IMG/VR virus record: IMGVR_UViG_3300035698_029829
Coordinates: 135,427-156,689 of that record
From: a virus
Taxonomy: Duplodnaviria; Heunggongvirae; Uroviricota; Caudoviricetes
Strand: one strand, 5' to 3'
DNA: 21,263 bases
Under the pieces are notes generated by a model. It saw only the letters and a list, made by a program, of their open reading frames with translations. It did no database searches and was not told the origin of the DNA. Below, one piece after another: positions 8,206 through 15,016 of the stretch. The position numbers and the translations under genes are program-made. Every line of letters begins with the position of its first letter. Positions within the stretch are counted from its first letter, which is position 1.

Positions 8206-9147
8206 TCAGGACGAGGAGCACAGCAGCTTGACAATCTGAAGTGTAGTTGCCGGAAGAACACCCTGAATGTTCAGATTGGCAGTACCCCCTGTGATGGTCA
8301 CATCGCCAAACCGGAACGAGGCTGTCTTGTCGTCCACCAGGTTTATCATGGTCAGTCGGAGACGTTGTTTCTCCTCATCGGGGACGCCGTAGCCTCCAGC
8401 TTCCCTCACCAGGCTTTTCCATAGCTTGTTTCCCTCGGTGATCCACCGATCCCGCCTGATCTTGGTTAACAGCGCCTCGGTGTTGGGGATGATAAAAGCC
8501 GCTACCAGGCGACGCATCACATCGTTGGCCAGGGCTTTTGAGCTCCGCTTACCAACGCTCATCTTGATCGTGATATCGTCGGTGCCGACAGCCACGCACT
8601 CGCGACCGTTGGTGTCCTTCGGCCACACACCCCTCACCTTGATATTACCAGCCCCGCTCTCCATCGCGCAGAAACTTATCCGCATCTCCGATGACGGGGA
8701 TATGGCTTCCAGAGTCCACCATGTGCCTGGTTCATCATTCTCCTGATCAACCCACCAGCCCTTCATCTCCTTCACGATCTTGCGGAAGTAGTTACGGGCA
8801 GCGGCGGCTGTACCGAAGCGGAGGGGTTTGTCCGGAACGAGCCACGGCGTCAATTCGATCAGAGCGTGAGCCAGGCTCCTGTGATCCAAGTGGCTGAAGG
8901 TGTACTCGGTGCACACGCCTTCGGGGGGGTCGTAGCGATTAACACGTAGAATTCGTTCATCGTCCCTGTGTTCACCGTGAGCGAAAACCAACATGTCCTC
9001 GTAGGGATCATCGTGGTGAATGTAAAGCTCGGCATCCTTGGTGGGAGCACCAGGTCTCGAATTGACAGTCCATCCTTCGCCCAGTTCGGCGATGGCTCGT
9101 TCCAAGGTTTCCCTCAATGTGACTAACGCCTCGTCTCGGTACTTCAT
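8206..9147 (-). CDS. Hypothetical protein, 313 aa
   Basis: GAGGAGG SD before the ATG at 9147; ATGA overlap with the HTH gene. Confidence 0.85.
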   Translation of the reverse strand: MKYRDEALVTLRETLERAIAELGEGWTVNSRPGAPTKDAELYIHHDDPYEDMLVFAHGEHRDDERILRVNRYDPPEGVCTEYTFSHLDHRSLAHALIELTPWLVPDKPLRFGTAAAARNYFRKIVKEMKGWWVDQENDEPGTWWTLEAISPSSEMRISFCAMESGAGNIKVRGVWPKDTNGRECVAVGTDDITIKMSVGKRSSKALANDVMRRLVAAFIIPNTEALLTKIRRDRWITEGNKLWKSLVREAGGYGVPDEEKQRLRLTMINLVDDKTASFRFGDVTITGGTANLNIQGVLPATTLQIVKLLCSSS

Positions 9148-9380
9148 GCTTGCCTCCTCTGGTCCCAACCGTAACTCTTCACATTCTCCTTGTACCAGGC
9201 GATCAGGTAAGCGGGGAAGAAGTGACGGCCGTGTCGCATGGCTGTCTTACCGTGCAAAGGCCCAGGCTGGTTCTTCCGACACTTCGCTTGAAGGTGTCTT
9301 CGGATTGTGGACGGCTTTCGTCCTACCGCCTCGGCAAACTCAGCCAGGGTCAATTCGCTTTTCGGGGGCTTTGTCGTCAT
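9144..9380 (-). CDS. Small HTH DNA-binding protein (Xis/MerR-like), 78 aa
   Basis: LTLAEFAEAVGRKPSTIRRHL matches the excisionase/HTH_17-type pattern; GAAAGGA SD. Confidence 0.7.
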   Translation of the reverse strand: MTTKPPKSELTLAEFAEAVGRKPSTIRRHLQAKCRKNQPGPLHGKTAMRHGRHFFPAYLIAWYKENVKSYGWDQRRQA

Positions 9381-9403
9381 TGAGATTTCCTTTCAGATCC
9401 ACT

Positions 9404-9703
9404 TCATCGGCGTTGAGCCTGAAACCACCGAAGATCCCGACGATGATTTTCCAAGTCGGAGATATGTTTCTGGCATAGGGCCTTCACGTCGGAACGGCCT
9501 TCAGACCTAGCCTGTTCGATAGTGACACGAGCGAAATTATAGCCATAACGCCATTGCCCGATCAGAGACCCCAGGTTGCAGGTCTTCGTCTCCGGATAGG
9601 GACAGGCGTTCCAGGGCTTTTCATCCAACCGAGCTTGCGCTCCCTGCCAGTAGGCTAAAGCCCGCGAAAGACTTCCCATGGTTGGTTTTGTACTTGGTAC
9701 CAT
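9404..9703 (-). CDS. Possible RMF/CrpP-like protein, 99 aa
   Basis: AYWQGAQARLDEKPWNACPY...QWRYGY resembles the RMF pattern (G..AG..G.....CPY......W..GW); first gene after its promoter. Confidence 0.55.
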   Translation of the reverse strand: MVPSTKPTMGSLSRALAYWQGAQARLDEKPWNACPYPETKTCNLGSLIGQWRYGYNFARVTIEQARSEGRSDVKALCQKHISDLENHRRDLRWFQAQRR

Positions 9704-9730
9704 TTATCCCGTTCCTCCGTCGTTGAAGAC

Positions 9731-9784
9731 AGCTTAGCAAATCGTACGGAGTTTGTCAAGGTAAAAATGAACGGGAGGGTTCAC
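9731..9784 (-). promoter_or_regulatory. sigma70 promoter plus inverted-repeat operator
   Basis: TTGACA (9759-9754), 17 bp, TGC-TAAGCT. IR GTGAACC-CTCC-CGTTCAT at 9767-9784. Confidence 0.85.
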
Positions 9785-10209
9785 TAAACGGATGGAGTGA
9801 GGTGCAGGGCCGCTCGCGTCCAGGAGGTCAAGGCATTCCAGAAACGCCAGCGCCAAAGAGCCTGGTGCTCACACCAGGTAACGAGGTAATCACTGCGCCG
9901 AACGCGCACGTACCGGTTTAAGCTGTCGAGATGCTCAACGAACGCGCGCAGAGGAGTGAGGACTTCCTCGGTGGCACGCTCCTCGATGAAAACCTCGATC
10001 ATCTGTTTGGCACGAGGGATATTTTCCATGTATATGGAAGAAATGTCACCAACCTTCATCCGAACCACCTCGCGAGTGCCGAACTTAAAGCCGTCAAAGG
10101 TACCGACGACAACCTTGCCACGCAACTCTGCACCACTTGACAGGCGGAACTGTACCCAGGTGCCCTTTCCCTTCATGAGAGCGGAGTGTCGTATTGTGGT
10201 TGCGGTCAT
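9784..10209 (-). CDS. Hypothetical protein with a possible N-terminal Sm/Hfq-like beta-barrel, 141 aa
   Basis: Start moved downstream of the promoter (GAAGGA SD); pattern VQFRLSSGAELRGKV...DISSI. Confidence 0.65.
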   Translation of the reverse strand: MTATTIRHSALMKGKGTWVQFRLSSGAELRGKVVVGTFDGFKFGTREVVRMKVGDISSIYMENIPRAKQMIEVFIEERATEEVLTPLRAFVEHLDSLNRYVRVRRSDYLVTWCEHQALWRWRFWNALTSWTRAALHLTPSV

Positions 10210-10228
10210 TCCTTCACCTTTCGCAACC

Positions 10229-10257
10229 AGTATATCAGATGTTCGGGAGTTTGTCAA
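10229..10257 (-). promoter_or_regulatory. sigma70 promoter without the TGAACG operator
   Basis: CTC-TTGACA-AAC, 17 bp, TGA-TATACT. Confidence 0.85.
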
Positions 10258-10375
10258 GAGCTTTTTGAAGGCAGCGCGTCTTACGAAGGATCGCGCGCGA
10301 GGAGTAGGACTGTTCTCCTGGCGTAAGGGGCGCTGCATCGGACCGGACGGGACCGCCGGAGGCGGCGGGGCTATT

Positions 10376-10395
10376 AGATACCACCGGTGGTATCT
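10376..10395. repeat. Palindrome copy 1, AGATACCACCGGTGGTATCT
   Basis: 20-bp perfect palindrome, intergenic. Confidence 0.95.
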
Positions 10396-10444
10396 TAAAT
10401 GCAGAGCGTCTACAGATAGGCGTTTTCGGGAGGCTCACTAAGGA

Positions 10445-10462
10445 GATACCACCGGTGGTATC
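10445..10462. repeat. Palindrome copy 2, GATACCACCGGTGGTATC
   Basis: 18-bp perfect palindrome, 68 bp centre-to-centre from copy 1. Confidence 0.95.
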
Positions 10463-10471
10463 ATATAGGTA

Positions 10472-10499
10472 GATACCAAAAACTCGGCCACCTGGTATC
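10472..10499. repeat. Split palindrome variant GATACCA-N14-TGGTATC
   Basis: Same 7-bp arms with an expanded, non-symmetric spacer; overlaps the stop codon of 10498..11154. Confidence 0.6.
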
Positions 10500-11154
10500 A
10501 AGGCAGATCGGTTTCCACCAGCTTCTCGATCAGCTCGTAGGGCTGCAACCGCCGGAGTTTGACTGGCGTAGCGGTGTACTCGAAGTCCCGTCCCTGGTGC
10601 ACGTGGTAGGCGCTGAACACGCCCACCTTCTCGCCGTCGGGGGCCAAGGATAGCAGCGTGTCATCGCGGCCACCCATGCACAAATCATGAATCTTCGGAT
10701 CGTCCTTTGAAACCGTGGTGCCCCACCGTCTAATGAGCAACACATCCCCCTCGTCGTCCTCCAAGGCGAAGGCGTAGCGGACGGTGAGCATCTCTCGCTG
10801 GCCGAGTCCTTCGAGGGCGGCGAGATGGTTAGCCAGGTTGATCTCCAGGGCGCTCATCCTCCCTGGGTCACCAGGTACCGCCACGGCTGGTCTCCAACGG
10901 CGCGGCGTATCGTAGTCCCATTGTGGGATGGTGTAGTCCCAAGTCCGGATCATGCTCAAATCGCGCTTCACGTCGGGAAGTTCGGGCGTCGGTCGGACTA
11001 GGTAGGCGAGGTAGTGGAGCCACTTGGGCTCCGGACGACCGAAATGTTGGAACATCTCACCCTTCGTCCTGATCTGGACAGGTACCTGGGTGGGTCTACC
11101 CCCCGCCTTCCCGACGAGTCCCATGATAGCCGCACTGAGTTTATTCTTGGCCAT
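10498..11154 (-). CDS. Hypothetical protein with the C-terminal LVE tag, 218 aa
   Basis: Start MAKNKL (11154); ends KLRRLQPYELIEKLVETDLP. Confidence 0.85.
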   Translation of the reverse strand: MAKNKLSAAIMGLVGKAGGRPTQVPVQIRTKGEMFQHFGRPEPKWLHYLAYLVRPTPELPDVKRDLSMIRTWDYTIPQWDYDTPRRWRPAVAVPGDPGRMSALEINLANHLAALEGLGQREMLTVRYAFALEDDEGDVLLIRRWGTTVSKDDPKIHDLCMGGRDDTLLSLAPDGEKVGVFSAYHVHQGRDFEYTATPVKLRRLQPYELIEKLVETDLP

Positions 11155-11380
11155 CGGCTTCTTCCACCAGGCGTTCAATTGCCTCGGTTATGGTTGCTGA
11201 CCGTGACCAAGCACCACCGTAATTGTCGATCTCAATGAAAACAACTTGAGGATTGCCGGTCAAAGAGTTAGTCCTTTCGTAAAATCCGTCCTCCTTTTCT
11301 AAGTCCCACCATCGAGACCAACCATCAAGAACCCGGGCAGTAAAGGCAGCCAATTCTATTGTAGCCTGGTTGTCCCTCAT
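11141..11380 (-). CDS. Hypothetical protein with the C-terminal LVE tag, 79 aa
   Basis: ATGA overlap; ends WSRSATITEAIERLVEEADGQE. Confidence 0.8.
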   Translation of the reverse strand: MRDNQATIELAAFTARVLDGWSRWWDLEKEDGFYERTNSLTGNPQVVFIEIDNYGGAWSRSATITEAIERLVEEADGQE

Positions 11381-11778
11381 CCCAAATCCTCTTCGACCAG
11401 AAAGCCGATCAGTTCAATGGGCGTCACCGGACGAGACCATTTCCGTCCGTAATCGTCATCCTCGGAGAAGAAAACTGTCTGAAATGGCAGATGGGTGGTT
11501 TCAACCTGTTCGGTTGAAACTGGGCGATATGAACCTGTTCGGTTGAAACCGAGTGGTATAAACCTATTCGGTTGAAACCAACCGTGTTCCTCGCGCCACG
11601 TTCTTTCCAAATCTCCCATTATCTTACGGTCGATGTCCAGGGCTATCTCTTGGGCCAGTGTTTGGGTAATCTCCTTCTCACCAGGGAAATCCTCAGTCTC
11701 ATCGTCGAGGTCGAGGGATTGCTCGGAAATGGTCTTTACGATGTTTACTCCTTCGTAGATGTGCTTGTCACCCGTCAT
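11377..11778 (-). CDS. Hypothetical protein with the C-terminal LVE tag, 133 aa
   Basis: ATGA overlap; ends WSRPVTPIELIGFLVEEDLG. Confidence 0.8.
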   Translation of the reverse strand: MTGDKHIYEGVNIVKTISEQSLDLDDETEDFPGEKEITQTLAQEIALDIDRKIMGDLERTWREEHGWFQPNRFIPLGFNRTGSYRPVSTEQVETTHLPFQTVFFSEDDDYGRKWSRPVTPIELIGFLVEEDLG

Positions 11779-11996
11779 CCCATATCCTCTTTGATAAACA
11801 GATTCATCGCCTCATAAGCCGTTAACGGCCGCCACCACTTACGACTGAATCCATCCTTCTCAATAAAATGCGTGCTAGATTCAGTCAACAGCGCACCACG
11901 GCCCGCACCGAGGACGGCGTTATTCGGAGCAAGTCGAAAACCCCGTGCTCTGTAATCAGCAGCAACCAACCTAGCCAACACCGAAGACATCTTCAC
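11775..11996 (-). CDS. Hypothetical protein with the C-terminal tag, 73 aa
   Basis: GTGA overlap, GAGGAGG SD; ends WWRPLTAYEAMNLFIKEDMG. Confidence 0.8.
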   Translation of the reverse strand: MKMSSVLARLVAADYRARGFRLAPNNAVLGAGRGALLTESSTHFIEKDGFSRKWWRPLTAYEAMNLFIKEDMG

Positions 11997-12406
11997 GGCA
12001 GTTCCTCCTCGACCAGGTAATCCAAGAGGTCGGCCGGATCGACGAGGCGCATCCAGCCCACCTGATGTTCATCGCCGTTCAGCTTTGGCTCCGGTATCAG
12101 ATCGACCACCGTTTCGTCGTCAAGCGATCCCATGAGATTCCCCTCCTTGAAGCCATCGAAGGCAGGGATCTCGATCTCCAGGATAGTCGTTGGGTTCGTC
12201 GGTACCCGATACCAGGCATACGCGCCTTCGGCGTCGACTCTGACAAGCTGTACCCGGAAGCACCCTGTTGGGAAGACAGCCGGTTTTGGGAGCCTGGCGA
12301 AGGTACAGTCAGGCGGTCCATGAACGGCGAGGGTGGAGCAACTCGGCCCCTGTCTGTGGATGCGGTCGGTCATCTCGATCACCTCGTTGAGGAGGCTCTT
12401 GGTCAT
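11993..12406 (-). CDS. Hypothetical protein with the C-terminal LVE tag, 137 aa
   Basis: ATGA overlap, GGAGG SD; ends WMRLVDPADLLDYLVEEELP. Confidence 0.8.
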   Translation of the reverse strand: MTKSLLNEVIEMTDRIHRQGPSCSTLAVHGPPDCTFARLPKPAVFPTGCFRVQLVRVDAEGAYAWYRVPTNPTTILEIEIPAFDGFKEGNLMGSLDDETVVDLIPEPKLNGDEHQVGWMRLVDPADLLDYLVEEELP

Positions 12407-12984
12407 GACCGCTCCTCCGGCATTATTACCAGTTCGTCGAGGTGGAGTGTACCGGTTCGACCTTCCAAGTCGGCAGCCACCAGGCCGTCGAGCACTTCAC
12501 GAGGGCTTGGATAGTAGATGTCGCCGTGGAACACGTGGTACCGAGTTGTTCCCCAAAGGTCAGTGACGCCTGTCTCTTGAAACCGGTGTGTGTACAGCCG
12601 AAAGAGGTGTTCACTGCCCCTTGAAAAGTCATCGAAAGGAACGTTTTCTTTATCGTGCGGCCACGCTCCCTCCGACATAATTACGTAGTCGTCGGTGCCG
12701 ATTATTTGAAAACAAGTTGCCATTTCCTCCATTAAAAACTCGTGCCGTTCATCGGCTTGAGCACTTTCGGGAGGACTGGGGCTCCAGGTGATCGAGACCG
12801 AACCAACTAAAGGGGATACCTTCAACTGGTACAGGCCGGAAACCATGGCGCGGTGTTTCGTAATATGGAAAATGCTCCAAAATCGTCGGCCGTCGCGTCG
12901 TAGACTCTCTCGTATTTCGCGCTCCGCGTTCATAGTGAACGTCTTGCCGATATTGCGACCTACTTGGATGCTCTGACGAGTCAC
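12403..12984 (-). CDS. Hypothetical protein with a sub-terminal tag, 193 aa
   Basis: GTGA overlap; YPSPREVLDGLVAADL lies 20 aa from the end. Confidence 0.8.
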   Translation of the reverse strand: MTRQSIQVGRNIGKTFTMNAEREIRESLRRDGRRFWSIFHITKHRAMVSGLYQLKVSPLVGSVSITWSPSPPESAQADERHEFLMEEMATCFQIIGTDDYVIMSEGAWPHDKENVPFDDFSRGSEHLFRLYTHRFQETGVTDLWGTTRYHVFHGDIYYPSPREVLDGLVAADLEGRTGTLHLDELVIMPEERS

Positions 12985-13391
12985 GTCTCCTCCTCGACCA
13001 GGAATTCCACTACCTCACTTGGCATAGCAGCTCGCACCAGATGTAAGCGGCTACCTGGTGGCGCTCTGAAGCGGTGCGTTTTCTCAAAGGTAGCTTCAAC
13101 CTGGCTATGCGGCGGCACAAGGCCAACTGGCGTGTACATCCAGGTGGGACCGACATTGTCGACGACGATGTGCCCTTGCAATTCAGAGTAAGATTTGTCG
13201 TCTATCATCCAACTGGCAATCGCCTCACCGTGGATCGACGCATCATAGTGGATCACGTCGCAGACGGTAAGCCGGATCGTGAGCGTCTCATCGTCCAAAT
13301 CGTACGGAGCAGGCTCCGCTACCTTTATCTCGTGACCGAGAAATGTGCTGTGGACAATGAAAACTTTATTTGCCTTCGGTTGTGTTCTCAT
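12981..13391 (-). CDS. Hypothetical protein with the C-terminal LVE tag, 136 aa
   Basis: ATGA overlap; ends LVRAAMPSEVVEFLVEEET. Confidence 0.8.
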   Translation of the reverse strand: MRTQPKANKVFIVHSTFLGHEIKVAEPAPYDLDDETLTIRLTVCDVIHYDASIHGEAIASWMIDDKSYSELQGHIVVDNVGPTWMYTPVGLVPPHSQVEATFEKTHRFRAPPGSRLHLVRAAMPSEVVEFLVEEET

Positions 13392-14056
13392 CGCACCACC
13401 CCTAACGCCCGACGGAGTTTGCCTCGATTAGGCTTCGCCAATTCGGTAGCCAACTCTACCTCAGTCTCGACCAGGCGCTCCATCAACCATGCCGGAGTCA
13501 CTAAGTTGACGCGGGACTCCCAGGCGTTCTTCGCCTCCTGCGGCGGAGCCACTGGTGTACCACGTAACGCCGAACGCGTTCCGGGGGTTAAGTTGGCGAT
13601 CAGATCCTGAACCAAGCGGATGTCCTCCTCGGCCAGGTTGGCAACCAGCTTCGTGGGCACCACGTAGACGTGCTCCGTCCGTTCAACTCCCTTCCAATCG
13701 CCGATCTGTAATACTCCAGCGGTCTTTGTACCCAGCACCACTACGCCGGAATTCCCCTCGGCATCTCCAATAGTGAGAAAAGCGCGTAAGTCGATTCGCA
13801 CAATCCAGGGACCGAAGGGTGACGTAATTTGCTGAGGTAATTGAACCCGTGTGTTGAAAGGGGATGGCGGAGGTGGAACGGGTGGCCGCTGTCCGGAGAC
13901 ACGGCCTTTGGGATCATGGAGGATCAAAACGGTGCCCTCGGGCTCGAAATGCAGGTGTGCCACAGCACAGAGGCCAGTCGGAGGCTCGCCCCCGAAGGCA
14001 AGCACCAAAGTTTCGACAGTCCGAGCCGTCGGGGATATGACTCGTGGGCCTTCCAT
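13388..14056 (-). CDS. Hypothetical protein with a sub-terminal LVE tag, 222 aa
   Basis: First gene of the coupled run; LVTPAWLMERLVETEV lies 22 aa from the end. Weak SD. Confidence 0.8.
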   Translation of the reverse strand: MEGPRVISPTARTVETLVLAFGGEPPTGLCAVAHLHFEPEGTVLILHDPKGRVSGQRPPVPPPPSPFNTRVQLPQQITSPFGPWIVRIDLRAFLTIGDAEGNSGVVVLGTKTAGVLQIGDWKGVERTEHVYVVPTKLVANLAEEDIRLVQDLIANLTPGTRSALRGTPVAPPQEAKNAWESRVNLVTPAWLMERLVETEVELATELAKPNRGKLRRALGVVR

Positions 14057-14073
14057 GTGTTTATCTTACCACG

Positions 14074-14113
14074 AAAAAGCGAAACGGCGACCGATGAAGC
14101 CGGTCGCCGTTTC
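14074..14113 (-). terminator. Intrinsic terminator-like hairpin
   Basis: 13-bp perfect stem GAAACGGCGACCG/CGGTCGCCGTTTC, 7-nt loop, then GCTTTTT on the minus strand. Confidence 0.7.
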
Positions 14114-14160
14114 TAGTTCTTCAACCCTAACTGCCAAACGCCCCGTTTAGAGCGTGTCAC

Positions 14161-14189
14161 ACAATTTCAGATATTGGGTGGTTTGTCAA
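14161..14189 (-). promoter_or_regulatory. Possible sigma70 promoter with weak -10 and no operator
   Basis: TTGACA-AAC, 17 bp, TGA-AATTGT; same scaffold as the other copies. Confidence 0.5.
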
Positions 14190-14196
14190 GTGAAAA

Positions 14197-14511
14197 CTAA
14201 GGGTGGACAACCTCGTGCATAACCTTCCCTCGCTGGACGTATCCACCGGCCAACTCATCCTTACGAGTTTTGAGGGCCATTGGTTTGCCGAAGTAGGTGG
14301 TGGCGTATTCGAGGTTGACCCGGCTGACTTTGATGATCTTGCCGCTTTGGGAGGAGACGCGGCGACTGCCAACAGTCTTGAAGATGTCGCCCACCTTGAT
14401 CTCATTAAAGGTGATCGGGTCGCCCCAGGTATGGCCGGGCTTCAGCTCGGGGCGCTCGGCTTCAACGAGCATCTCGTCGACAGTGCGGAGGTCTCGCTTC
14501 AAGGCATCCAC
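14197..14511 (-). CDS. Hypothetical protein, 104 aa (start uncertain)
   Basis: GTG lies 5 nt after palindrome copy 3; acidic N-terminus ...VDEMLVEAE followed by a basic beta-rich region. Confidence 0.65.
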   Translation of the reverse strand: MDALKRDLRTVDEMLVEAERPELKPGHTWGDPITFNEIKVGDIFKTVGSRRVSSQSGKIIKVSRVNLEYATTYFGKPMALKTRKDELAGGYVQRGKVMHEVVHP

Positions 14512-14515
14512 CTAC

Positions 14516-14537
14516 GAGATACCACCGGTGGTATCTC
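14516..14537. repeat. Palindrome copy 3, GAGATACCACCGGTGGTATCTC
   Basis: 22-bp perfect palindrome filling most of a 30-bp intergenic gap. Confidence 0.95.
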
Positions 14538-14541
14538 TTTC

Positions 14542-15006
14542 TCAGCTTGGGAACATATGAGCAATGGGGTAACCCAGGTTGACGATAATACGGTCAGCGC
14601 CTCTCTTCAAGGTAACGCTGATCTTTTCAGCGTTGGTCTTAGCCTTAACGGCAGCTTCGAGCTTCGGTTTATACGCCTCCAACTCCTCCGCATCGTCGTT
14701 AATGATGACGACCTGTATCCACCAAAGTCTTTCGTCGATGAAGTTCCAGTGTTTCTCGTGGAGATGTACCTGGGCGGACGGGAAGTCGACGGCGAGGAAA
14801 TCATTGAAGGCTTTTTCTATCCGGTCACGAAGCTGCTTGTTGGCGGCTTCGACGCTCCGTTGAAGGTCCTTCACGGTACGGTCAATCCCAGCAAGGTCCT
14901 GGGAGCCTTCATCGAGCGGTGTCTCATCCGGCTCGGAGTAGGGGGTGGCCGGTACATCCTCAGCCAAGAGGTCGTTCAACGGGTGAAAGGGGTTGATGCG
15001 ACTCAT
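14542..15006 (-). CDS. Protein with the shared 26-aa N-terminal leader (candidate virion internal protein), 154 aa
   Basis: TAAGGAG SD; begins MSRINPFHPLNDLLAEDVPATPYSEP. Confidence 0.8.
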   Translation of the reverse strand: MSRINPFHPLNDLLAEDVPATPYSEPDETPLDEGSQDLAGIDRTVKDLQRSVEAANKQLRDRIEKAFNDFLAVDFPSAQVHLHEKHWNFIDERLWWIQVVIINDDAEELEAYKPKLEAAVKAKTNAEKISVTLKRGADRIIVNLGYPIAHMFPS

Positions 15007-15016
15007 GTCAATCTCC

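Noticed and set aside
10498-14056. LVEE[DE] motif as a mere by-product of embedded Shine-Dalgarno sequences
   Set aside because: It explains only the GAGGAG part in some genes. The upstream W-x-R...P-x-E-h-h residues, the SD-free LVETDL in the last gene and two sub-terminal copies are not explained.
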